Shown here piece after piece: positions 1-13,030 of a stretch of 64,000 bases of DNA. The position numbers and the translations under genes are program-made. The notes beneath the pieces are model-generated. The model had not been told where the DNA came from and searched no databases. It saw only the letters and a list, made by a program, of their open reading frames with translations. Source of the DNA: Octopus vulgaris (Eukaryota); NCBI GenBank assembly GCA_951406725.2, contig OX597841.1, positions 20,398,001 through 20,462,000 on the forward strand. Reading direction: 5' to 3'. Numbering within the stretch: position 1 is the stretch's first letter; every line of letters begins with the position of its first letter.

Positions 1-110
1 TTCAGTCCATTTGTTCAAAGCAGTTCGTTGTAAGAGGCTGCCATAAAATGGCCTCTGTTCATGCAAGTTAGTTTTATAAAGTTGACAGGAAAACTTGTGA
101 ACGTTATGCA

Positions 111-160
<50 letters not shown>

Positions 161-394
161 ATGTGCTTGTGCTTGTGTTTGAGTGTGTGTTTAAGTGTGT
201 GTGTGCTTTTATTCTTGATTTGACTGCCTTCTTGTTTCTGCCTTCTTCCATCCAGCCATGTTAGTCTGTCAGCCTGCTTTCACCAACAGCATCACCACCC
301 TTCTTCCTCTTCCTCACTATTCACAAATTTATGTAGGTCAACCACTGCTTCCTGCTCAAATAAGGTCTTGTCTGTTTTCTTTCTTTTTCTTTTC

Positions 395-545
395 TTCGGG
401 AGTGGTTGGCAAAATGCTTGTTTTCCAACATGGTTCTGGATTCACTCCCACAGCATGGCACTTTGGACAAAGTGTTTTTTCTATAGTCTTAGCCTTGTAA
501 ATGGATTTGGTAGATGGAAAACTGAAAGCCCATCTGTATGACACA
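395..545 (+). mobile_element. Degenerate tRNA-derived SINE (same family as 63357-63780)
   Basis: Diverged match to ...catggttctggattcactccca...tggcactttggacaaagtg...atggatttggtagatggaaactgaaa. Confidence 0.65.
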
Positions 546-705
546 TACAAAGGGTAAAACCCCCTTGGACATGAATGACCATGGGATGCACCTAGAAGTT
601 ACCCTCTGAGGCACAAGTCCATGTAAGGTCACCCATGCATACCAGCCTCACCTCTCCACACCACCAATATTATACAAGGAAAAGGCAAAGCATATACAAC
701 TTATT

Positions 706-890
706 TCTTTATTTCCCACAAGGGGCTAAACACAGAGGGGACAAACAAGGACAGACAAACAGATTAAGTCGATTATATCGACTCCAGTGTGTAACTGGTA
801 CTTATTTAATCGACCCCGAAAGGATGAAAGGCAAAGTCAACCTCAGTGGAATTTGAACTCAGAACATAGCGGCAGACAAAATACCACTAA
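706..890 (-). mobile_element. tRNA-derived SINE (family also at 21670-21895 and 15220-15505)
   Basis: ccccagtgtgtaactggtacttatttaatcgaccccgaaaggatgaaaggcaaagt...tttgaactcagaac shared with the other copies. Confidence 0.75.
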
Positions 891-1049
891 GCCCTAGTGA
901 TGTCACAACTCGTTTCTACAGCTGAGTGAACTGGAGCAATGTGAAATAAAGTGTCTTGCTCAAGAGCACAACATGCAGCCAGGTGTGAGAATCAAAGTCA
1001 TTACTTCATGATTGTGAACCCCAAACTCTAATCACTGAGCCATGAGCTT

Positions 1050-1540
1050 TCATCATCATCATCACTTAACATCTGTTGACCAGGGCTGGCAAGGCTGGAA
1101 GGCTGCACCAGACTCCAGTCTGGTTTGGCATTGTTTCTATGGCTGGATGCCCTTCCTAACGTCAATTACTCTGAGAGTGTAATGGATGCTTTTAACATGT
1201 CACCTGCATGGGTGCCATTTGCATGACCCCAGTATCTGCCATGACTGCAATTTCACTTGGCTTGGTGGGTCTTCTACTCAAGCACAGCATATTGCCAAAG
1301 GTCTCGGTCATTTGTCATTGCCTTCGTGAGGCCCAACACTCTAAAGATGCATTTTATGTGCCACCAGCATAGGTACTAGTTGTGTGACACCAGTACAGGT
1401 GCTAGTTACATAACACTGGCATCAACCACATTACCTCTGTGTGGCCCAACACTTTAAAAGTGCTTTTTACATTCCACTGGCATTGGCCACAACTATGATT
1501 TCACTTCTCAAAGGTCTTAGTCACTAGTCATTGCCTCATG
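1050..1540 (-). mobile_element. Old RTE LINE 3' UTR fragment with (CAT)n tail
   Basis: catcatcatc tail followed by ggctggatgcccttcctaac motif common to RTE 3' ends in this window. Confidence 0.6.
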
Positions 1541-1939
1541 TATACAAGCCTGCCTCGGCTTAAATCATTTTGATTTAAGTCATTCTCAAAAATAATGTAT
1601 GGAAAAATAAAAATCAAAGCAAGTCATTTTGCTCAACTTTACATCTTTCCACCACAAATATTGGAATCGTAAAATCACTAGAAAACCGTTAAAAGCACAT
1701 AAAGTCATTTTACTGTACAATAAATAAGAATAAAAGCCTATAAAATCATATTAAAACACATACAGTAAATGTTAAGATACACACCATAAAGTGGTGTAGC
1801 TTTGTGAACGAAATCATGAAATTACAAAATCACCAAATTGTATTTAAGTATTGGTAGATTTAAAATAATTTTGTTTTTTTTTACTATTGCGAAATAACAA
1901 TAATTACTGAATTTGTTTTTTAAGCTTAAAGGCTTTCAT

Positions 1940-2220
1940 TTTACCATGTCTTGTTGCAAACTGCATTCATGATACTTCTTGCATTTCACCGCATTGACAA
2001 ACAACCGCAGAAATTGTATTCACCTCAATAGACGTCATTGATTGGTTGAAATTGCCGAAGTGCAAGAAGTTTAACAAGAAATAGCTTATAAACAACAGAA
2101 TTTTCTCAAGAACGCCAAGAGAAAAGGATGTTTTATGTAACACATTCTACCAGTATACGAAGTATAAAAGTGTTTAGTTACAAAGAAATTATTTTAGAAA
2201 TCTGCTGGTCAAAGTGAAAA
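1940..2220. mobile_element. Unclassified dispersed repeat; inverted relative at about 4795-4990
   Basis: cacattctaccagtatacgaagt (about 2140) is the reverse complement of acttcctatactcgtagaatgtg (about 4810); gattggttgaaatt versus aattttaaccaatc. Confidence 0.5.
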
Positions 2221-2229
2221 GATCCCACA

Positions 2230-2680
2230 ATATATGCACACACGCTCACACACATACACATACGCATACAGACACAGACACACACACATGCACACATATG
2301 CACGCACACGAATGCACACATACCTAACACTCACAGCCCCACGCATACACGTATATACACCCACATATACGCACACACATACACACACACATTCACGCAC
2401 AAACACAAAGTAAAGCACAGTTATTCCCCCCACACACAACCCCTACACATACACACATACACACACGAACACACACATACATACATATATACACACACAC
2501 ACTGCAAACAAAACACACACACAATACATATACATGCACGCACACACACTTAAATGATACTAAGCCCAACCACACACACAGATTATTAGCCACAAACACA
2601 CACACACACACACACACAAACACACAGACACACGTGCTATCATTACACGCGCACATACCCGCACATACACACACATACCT
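2230..2680. repeat. Degenerate (CA)n / CATA compound microsatellite
   Basis: Direct reading. Confidence 0.9.
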
Positions 2681-2820
2681 CTTTCTCTTGCACTCTCCTG
2701 TCTTTGAAAGAACTTTTTCTTCACCCATTCCCTTCTGGTCATTCAATATGTGACCGCGTGTGTATCATTGGCGATTTTTCCCCTCTGTCTTCCCTTCCTT
2801 GGATCTTTCCTTTTCCTATG

Positions 2821-2851
2821 TTTCTCATGAAGCTCTGCTCAAAACGTTAAA
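2821..2851 (+). ncRNA. Degenerate minimal hammerhead (family of 37850-37885)
   Basis: TTT CTCATGA AGCTCTGCTC AAAAC GTT AAA; both core boxes mutated. Confidence 0.4.
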
Positions 2852-3057
2852 TCCTCCTTACTATCTTTTCCTGAGCATCCAATAACACTATACTTGTTCC
2901 ACATCCTCGCGTTGTTGTGTTTTCTCTTTGTGCTTTCATGTTTGGATTAACTATATACATATATATATATATGTAGGTCCTGGGTTGAGTCGGGGTTAAC
3001 CACAGTAAATAAGGTACTCAATACATAGCAGAGTAAATTAATTTATTTTATAGAAGG

Positions 3058-3108
3058 AGCTTCTACAGGACTAGAACTGTTTCATTTGAATGAAATCATC
3101 AGGAAGCT
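3058..3108 (-). ncRNA. Type I hammerhead ribozyme motif
   Basis: Minus strand AGCTTC CTGATGA TTTCATTCAAAT GAA ACAG TTCTAGTC CTGT A GAAGCT: 6-bp stem I, 4-bp stem III, GUA site; stem II weak. Confidence 0.7.
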
Positions 3109-3368
3109 TGCTATCAAAATAAGTTTTGACATTTATACATTTAGGCAGATTTAATGGGGTGGTGGTGGGGACATTTTTTGTCTTTCTTAGGGGAGTGGTC
3201 AAAAGAATCAGTGATAAAGTAAATAAATGAATAAATAGAATAATTGAATAGAGTTTTAGGTAAATAAGAAGACTATCGCTTATATATATATATATACACA
3301 CATATACACATACATACACACACACATATATATATACACACATATACACACACATATACGTGTGTATG

Positions 3369-3401
<33 letters not shown>

Positions 3402-3770
3402 ATGGGTGTGTATATTTATTTATATATGTGTAGATATATGTGTGCGTGTGTTTGCGTGTTGGCATGTATGTGTATGTGTATTTGTATATATGTGTGTATA
3501 TATATATGTGTGTGTGTATGTATGTGTATATGTGTGTATATATATATATATAAGCGATAGTCTTCTTATTTACCTAAAACTCTATTCAATTATTCTATTT
3601 ATTCATTTATTTACTTTATCACTGATTCTTTTGACCACTCCCCTAAGAAAGACAAAAAATGTCCCCCACCACCACCCCATTAAATCTGCCTAAATGTATA
3701 AATGCCAAAACTTATTTTGACAGCAAGCTTCCTGATGATTTCATTTGAATGAAACAGTTCTAGTCCTGTA
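3064..3770. repeat. Long inverted repeat (unique arms about 3064-3281 and 3552-3770) around a TA/CA microsatellite
   Basis: Arms are near-perfect reverse complements. Confidence 0.9.
3726..3770 (+). ncRNA. Hammerhead copy truncated at its GUA cleavage triplet
   Basis: AGCTTC CTGATGA...GAAACAG...CTGTA, then unrelated sequence; the 3' strand of stem I is missing. Confidence 0.65.
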
Positions 3771-4167
3771 AGGGTAAATAATTATTAATTTTAAAATCAA
3801 TAATTATTTCTAAATTTTCGGTATGTGGCTAAGCAACTTATTGCTTAACCCTATTTAATTATATATATTTATATAAAGAACTTATTGTAAAAGTTTCCAT
3901 ACCAAAACTACTCGGTAATAATTATTGATTTTAAAATTAATAATTATTTACCCTTGTATTATTAATGATAGAATTTTTCACTCCCTTATGACAAACTTCT
4001 GAGGAACTATTTTTGTAACACACATGGTAATTTTGGAGGGAAAATATGAATTTATTCGTCTCTATGGATTTGGTTTGTGTTGACTATCTTCTGCTATCTT
4101 TGATGGCATGGGATCGGGATGCAAGAGGTAGGTAAATAGCATTTGCAAATCTATAATCTAATGGAAT

Positions 4168-4226
4168 GTTGCGCTGAAGACAGGAATGAGTTATTTATAA
4201 TTCTAACCCAGAAACGCATCCATAAC
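4168..4226 (+). ncRNA. Degenerate hammerhead motif
   Basis: GTTGCG CTGAAGA ... GAAACGC ATC CATAAC; consistent with CpG decay of GAAACGCGTC CGCAAC. Confidence 0.4.
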
Positions 4227-4411
4227 TGACTGAAGACTTTATTTTCGTTATTTTATCTTCTTTTTACATATGTGAGTTACAAGTAAATGTTATATGTGGA
4301 GCTATATTTGTAGAAAATAGGAATAAGTGGTCTTTGACTGCTATTTCTAAATTTTCGGTATGTGGCTAAGCAACTTGTTGCTTAACCCTATTTGATTTTA
4401 TATATATATAT

Positions 4412-4790
4412 AAAGCTAACTAGGAAGATAGTTTTTGTATGTGGCAGATGCTCAGGAGCAATAAACACTGAAAATGCGCAGAAACCAACTTTCGCCACAT
4501 TCCAGGGAGAAAAACTAGAAGTAGTTGATAGCTTCCATTACCTAGGTGACCAAGTCAGTAGCGGAGGTGGGTGCGCTGAAAGTGTAGCAGCTAGAATAAG
4601 AATAGCTTGGGCAAAGTTCAAAGAGCTCCTACCTCTGCTAGTGACAAAGGGCCTCTCGCTCAGAGTAAAAGGCAGACTGTATGAGGCATGTGTACGAACA
4701 GCCATGCTACATGGCAGTGAAACATGGACCGTAACTGCTGAGGATATGCACTGTGATACCAGTGCCGGTGGCACATAAGAGAACCATCCA
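4412..4790 (+). mobile_element. RTE LINE ORF fragment
   Basis: Translates LTRKIVFVCGRC...EVVDSFHYLG...LYEACVRTAMLHGSETW. Confidence 0.9.
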
Positions 4791-5047
4791 ATCTAAACAA
4801 TTTGAAACTTCCTATACTCGTAGAATGTGTCAAAAGAAAACATTATTTTCACTTTTTTTTTTTTGATAAATTTGTAATTCGTTTGTTTAACGTAGTTTAA
4901 TTTTTCGAATTTTAACCAATCGTATGCTCTCTTTTGAGCTGAAATCATTTTCTGCATCTAAAAACTGAGACAACATCCATTTTGTACGTAATGTAGCGTT
5001 CGTGAGTTCGATATCAGGCTAACCTACCGGCCCCACGGTGGGATTTT

Positions 5048-5761
5048 TTTTCTTTATGATTATTAGTAAATTTTTTCTTTACGATTATTAGTAAATTCAC
5101 GTTTATTTATTAATATCGATAACGAATTACTGCTGTTGTTTAGACCGGCCCCAGTATGTAACTGGTACTTAATTTATCCCTAACTCTAACCCAAATCCTA
5201 ACCCTAAGCCTAACCCCTAACCCTAAACCTAACCCTTAACCCTAACCCTATCTCGTGACAGCCTTCCGGCATCGGTCGCTAGCTTTGGTTAGGTTTAAGG
5301 TTAGGGGTTAGGGGTTAGGGTTAGGGTTAGGGGTTAGGGGTTAGGGTTAGGGTTAGGGGTTAGGTTTAAGGTTAGTGGTTAGGCTTAGGGTTAGGTTTAG
5401 GGTTAGGGTTAGGGATAAATTAAGTACCAGTTACGCACGCACGCACTGGTGTCAATAGAGCCCCTTGCCGGAACAAATTTTTTCTTTACGATTATTAGTA
5501 AATTCACGTTTATTTATCAATATCGATAACGAATTACTGCCGTTGTTTAGACCGGCCCAAGTACATAACTGGTACTTAATTTATCCCTAACTCTAACCCT
5601 AACCCTAAAGCTAACCCCTAACCCTAACCCTAACCCCAACCCTAACCCCTAACCCTAAACCTATCCAAAGCTAGCGACTGATGCCGGAAAGCTGTCACGA
5701 GATAGGGTTAGGGTTTAGGGGTTAGGTTTAGGGTTAGGGTTAGAGGTTAGGTTTAGGGTTA
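5048..5761. repeat. Interstitial telomere-like cassette: two units of unique leader + (CCCTAA)n + 39-bp core + (TTAGGG)n
   Basis: Arrays at about 5178-5249, 5289-5414, 5585-5662, 5704-5761; core 5250-5288 recurs inverted at 5665-5703. Confidence 0.9.
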
Positions 5762-5767
5762 TATATG

Positions 5768-6650
<883 letters not shown>

Positions 6651-6688
6651 CATATATATATATGCATGTATATATATATATATATATA

Positions 6689-6886
6689 TTACGGAGATGT
6701 ACTCGCATAGCAAGTAATTTGATCTGAGATCGTGTGCTGAAACGAAAACAATTGCAGCGTGGAAGGTGTTTATAAGCCATTTAAGAAACACACAAAAGCC
6801 GTTCGATTCACTTCAACATTTAAGTTTAATTTGTCAAATTATTTTCGTCGCTAAAATCCGCGACCTGTTCACTGACAAAGTCCGTG

Positions 6887-6889
<3 letters not shown>
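6689..6889 (-). mobile_element. About 200-bp non-coding repeat embedded in (TA)n; relatives at 8603-8785, 14870-15010, 15690-15742, about 22345
   Basis: Shared tacggagatgtactcgcatagcaag and gtgtttataagccatttaagaaacacacaaaagccgtt. Confidence 0.8.
6830..6879 (-). ncRNA. Hammerhead-like motif with compensated G3-C8 core (GUGAACA)
   Basis: Minus strand TTTGTCA GTGAACA G GTCGC GGATTTTA GCGAC GAAA ATAAT T TGACAAA: 7-bp stem I, 5-bp stem II. Confidence 0.65.
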
Positions 6890-6977
<88 letters not shown>

Positions 6978-7020
6978 TATATACATATATATATATACAT
7001 ATATATATATACAGTATACA

Positions 7021-8462
7021 TCAGTAGGAAGGTAGACAAATCACAAGCACCTTCAGGTAGATGGCCCTGCTCGATCTGTAGAAAAGGTGTAGGTAGAAAC
7101 TCTATAAGATGCACCAAGTGTAAGCTATGGACACATAAGAGATGCAGCAATGTCAAAGGAAGGCTAACTGGGAAGATGGTTTTTGTATGTGGCAGATGCT
7201 CAGGAACAATAAACACTGAAAATGCTCTGAGACCAACTTCCGTCACTTTCCAGGGAGAAAAACTAGAAATAGTTGATAGTTTCCGTTACCTAGGTGACCA
7301 AGTCAGCAGCGGGGGTGGGTGTGCTGAAAGTGTAACTGCTAGAGTAAGAATAGCTTGGGCAAAGTTCAGAGAGCTCTCACCTCTACTGGTGACAAAAGGC
7401 CTCTCGCACAGAGTGAAAGGCAGACTGTATGATGCGTGTGTACGAACAGCCATGCTACATGGCAGTGAAACATGGGCCGTGACTGCTGAGGATATGCGTA
7501 AGCTCGCTAGAAATGAAGCCAGTATGCTCCGATGGATGTGTAATGCCGGTACTCACACTCGGCAGAGTGTAAGTACCTTGAGAGAAAAGCTAGACCTAAG
7601 AAGCATCAGTTGTGGTGTGCAAGAGAGACGTTTGCGCTGGTATGGTCATGTGGCGAGAATGGCTGAAGATAGTTGTGTGAAAAAGTGCCACACCCTAGCG
7701 GTTGAGGGAACCTGTGGAAGAGGCAGACCCAGGAAAACCTGGGACGAGGTGGTGAAGCACGACCTTCGAACTTTAGGTCTCACCAAGGAAATGACTAGAG
7801 ACCGAGACCTCTGGAAGTGTGCTGTGCGCGAGAAGACCTGGCAGGACAAGTGAGTCCATAACCCGTGGCCTTCTACATGGGATGGAGCCAGCCTACGTAT
7901 GCATACCTTCCCTTCTTGGGACACAAAACTCTACTTGTGAAGACGTGATGAGGCAAGTGAGGATCAGAATCGAAATCGATCAATGGAAATTGCGGATGTG
8001 CTACCAGTGCCGGTGGCATGTCAAAACTCTGCTTGTGAAGACCCGTTGAGGCAAGTGACGATCAGAATCGAAATCGATCAATGGAAATCGATCAATGGAA
8101 ATTGCAGATGTGTTACCAGTGCCGGTGGCATGTAAGAGAACTTTCCGTTTCGCGACCGTTGCCAGCACCGCCCCGTTTCGTGTCCGTTGCCAGCCTCGCC
8201 TGGCCCTCGTGCCGGTGGCACATAAAAAGCACCATCCGTTCGTGGCCGTTTGCCAGCTCTGTCTGGCACCAGTGCGGGTGGCACGTAAAAAGCACCCACT
8301 ACACTCATGGAGTGGTTGGCGTTAGGAAGGGCATCCAGCCGTAGAAACACTGCCAGATTTGACTGGGCCTGATGAAGCCTTCTGGCTTCACAGACCCCAG
8401 TAGAACCGTCCAACCCATGCTAGCATGGAAAACGGACGCTAAACGATGATGATGATGATGAT
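7021..8462 (+). mobile_element. 5'-truncated RTE LINE with PHD-type finger, subrepeated 3' UTR and (GAT)n tail
   Basis: ORF 7176-7853 to stop; upstream [20 protein letters not shown]. Confidence 0.95.
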
Positions 8463-8506
8463 GATATATATGCATATATATATATATATACATATATATA
8501 TATGCA

Positions 8507-8589
<83 letters not shown>

Positions 8590-8782
8590 CATATATATAT
8601 GTAAACAATTGCAGCGTGGAAGGTGTTTATAAGCCATTTAAGAAACACACAAAAGCCGTTAGTGAATCGAACGGCTTTTGTGTGTTTCTTAAATGGCTTA
8701 TAAACACCTTCCATGCTGCAATTGTTTTCGTTTCAGCACACGATCTCAGATCAAATTACTTGCTATGCGAGTACATCTCCGT

Positions 8783-9560
<778 letters not shown>

Positions 9561-9703
9561 ACACCACACATATATCAGCCGAAATTACTACGATGATCCG
9601 GTTCTTGACTGAAGACTGAGGGTTTCGAATGTCCTGTCCGTGTTTATTGTGTCGTCTTCTAAGAGTTATACGTTCTTGTCCATGTTGTATTTTTCTACAT
9701 ACC

Positions 9704-9965
<262 letters not shown>

Positions 9966-10024
9966 CAATATCTGTTTCAACACACGACTTCACATAAAAA
10001 ATCTTGCGCAACAAATATTTAAAC

Positions 10025-10285
<261 letters not shown>

Positions 10286-10324
10286 CATATATATATATAC
10301 AATTTTATATACATTTTATATGGG

Positions 10325-10392
10325 ACCATGCTGATGATGGCTGCACTTTTCCTTGCGGAAAATAACAGCTGAAACTAAATTTAGTAAATGGG
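10325..10392 (+). ncRNA. Type I hammerhead ribozyme motif
   Basis: ACCATG CTGATGA TGGCTG..TTTTCC TTGC GGAAAA..CAGCT GAA ACTAAATTTAGT A AATGGT; 12-nt palindromic stem III, GUA site. Confidence 0.78.
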
Positions 10393-10555
10393 TAAATATT
10401 TATTTCGTATATTTTTCACTTGTTTATTGCTTTGGTTTTGTTGAGTTTGATCTGAGAACATAAACTTTTTGTGGAGAATGGCGATTTGACGTCTATATCT
10501 AGCATGTTGACTGTCCACTTTTCGTGTGCAGTCCTTAATTGGTATATATATATAC

Positions 10556-10586
<31 letters not shown>

Positions 10587-10669
10587 CATATATATATACA
10601 TATATATATATATACATATATATATATACATATATATATATACATATATATATATACATATATATATAC

Positions 10670-10704
<35 letters not shown>

Positions 10705-10729
10705 CATTTATATATATACATATATATAT

Positions 10730-12162
10730 CATCATCATCGTTTAACGTCTGCTTTCCATGCTAGCATGGGTTGGACGGTTCAACTGGGGTCTGGGGAGCC
10801 CGGAGGCTGCACCAGGCCAGTCAGATTTGGCAGTGTTTCTACAGCTGGATGCCCTTCCTAACGCCAACCACTCCGAGAGTGTAGTGGGTGATTTTTATGT
10901 GCCACCGACACAGGTGCCAGACGAGGCTGGCAGACGGCCACGCTCGGATGGTGTTTTTTATGTGCCACCGACACAGGTGCCAGACGAGGCTGGCGAACGG
11001 CCACGATCGGATGGTGTTTGTTACGTGCCCACAGCACGGAGGCCAGTCGATGCGGTACTGGCTACGGCCATGTTCGGATGGTTTTCTTATAGGCCACCGG
11101 CACTGGTACCACAAGATACAAATTCCATTGATATTCATCTATTTTGATTTGGTTTTCACTTGCCTCAACAGGTCTTCACAAGTGTCACAAGAAGGAAGGT
11201 ATGCACAGGTAGACTGACTACGTCCCAGGTAGGGGCCACGGGTGATGGCCTCACTAGTCTTGCCGGGTCTTCTCACGCACAGCATACTTCCATAGGTCTC
11301 GGTCTCTAGTCATTTCCTTGGTGAGACCTAATGTTCGAAGGTCGTGCTTCACCACCTTGTCCCAGGTTTTCCTGGGTCTACCTCTTCCACAGGTTCCCTC
11401 AACTGCTAGGGTGTAGAACTTTTGCACACAACTATCTTCAGCCATTCTCGTCACATGACCATACCAGCGCAGCCGTCTCTCTTGCACACAACAACTGATG
11501 CTTCTTAGGTCCAACTTCTCTCACAAGGTACTTACACTCTGCCGAGTATGAGTACTAACATTACACATCCATCGGAGCATACTGGCTTGATTTCTTGCGA
11601 GCTTACGCATATCCTCAGCAGTCACGGCCCATGTTTCACTACCATGTAGCATGAGTGTACGTACACATGCATCATACAGTCTGCCTTTTACTCTGAGCGA
11701 GAGGCCTTTTGTCACCAGCAGGGGTAAGAGCTCTCTAAACTTTGCCCAGGCTATTCTTACTCTAGCAGTTACACTTTCAGCACACCCACCCCTGCTACTG
11801 ACTTGGTCACCTAGGTAGCGGAAGCTATCAACTACTTCTAGTTTTTCTCCCTGGAACATGGTAGACGTTGGTCTCTGCACATTTTCAGTGTTTATTGCTC
11901 CTGAGCATCTGCCACATACAAAAACTATATTCCTAGTTAGCCTTCCTTTGACATTGCTGCACCTCTTATGTGTCCATAGCTTGCACTTGGTGCACCTTAT
12001 AGAGTTTCTACCTACACCTTTTCTACAGATCGAGCAGGGCCATCTACCTGAAGGCATTTGTGACTTGTCTACTATCCTACTTATTAGGACTTTGGTTTTG
12101 GCTAGATTGATTCTGAGGCCCTTCGATTCTACACCTTGCTTCCACACCTGAAACTTCTCCTC
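10730..12162 (-). mobile_element. 5'-truncated RTE LINE
   Basis: ORFs 11521-12216 and 11254-11514; (CAT)n tail at about 10730. Confidence 0.95.
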
Positions 12163-12329
12163 CATGGATAATTCGGTTAACCGATACCTGGGTAGCAAAT
12201 TCACGTCAGAAAACACGGTTGAAGCTACATGCCAAGGGTAGAAATCCCGTGTGGAAATTTCTGTGTTTTTTTTAACTATGAATAAATGAAAGAATGGAGT
12301 CGAACGACGATTTTAACAAAATTCCTTTA

Positions 12330-12412
12330 CTCTCTACACATGTTTCGAAGACTGCATATTCTTAATTCCGAAGGAATAAAGGGTGCATTATGCCGCCTTC
12401 TCATCAGGAAAG
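12330..12412 (-). ncRNA. Type I hammerhead ribozyme motif
   Basis: Minus strand CTTTC CTGATGA GAAGGCGGCATA...TATGCAGTCTTC GAA ACATGTGT A GAGAG; 11 of 12 pairs in stem II. Confidence 0.8.
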
Positions 12413-13030
12413 ACAAGGAACCTATGCCAACATCATGACGAACAAAAACCTTTAGATGACTGCCCACATGGTGTCCACAGTGATAATGAGTGTTTCTTTA
12501 AAATATTCCGTTATAAGCAATGACGTCAAAATTGGTTGGATGGAGAATGTTCTAAAAAGTTCAAGAGTTCAAATTTGGTTGGAAGGAGAAAGTTCTAGGA
12601 ATAGGAAGGGGACAAAGTGCAAGCTGTATGTATGGGGATGCGTGGGTGTTTGCTATTGTTAATGAGTTTGAGTGCTTGTGTGTATATGACTGCATTCGTG
12701 TGTGTGTGTGTGTGATTGTGTGTGTAGGGGGACAGATGTCAAAAACATTTAGTAGTGAGGTGACAAATTTGTGTCTGTGTGTTCGATTGTGCGTATGATA
12801 GAGAGAGAGAGAGGAGAGGCAGAGAGAAAGAGGTAAACATACCCCAACAAATTTAGTAGTAATTCTTCATGTAGCGGAGTAGAAAAAAAGAATTTGTCTA
12901 TGGTGGTGTTGTAGAAGTGATACTAAATTATTAAAATCAAAGAGGTTATCTATATTAATCATCATTCATATGAAGTATACTTTTGTTAAAATCGTCGTTC
13001 GACTCCATTCTTTCATTTATATATATATAT

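Noticed and set aside
5178-5761. True telomere or chromosome fusion site
   Set aside because: Arrays are short, degenerate and internal, and ordered CCCTAA then TTAGGG, opposite to an end-to-end fusion
7950-8300. Recurrent ccagtgccggtggca motifs with variable spacers, CRISPR-like
   Set aside because: Internal subrepeats of the RTE 3' UTR, irregular, eukaryotic context, no cas genes
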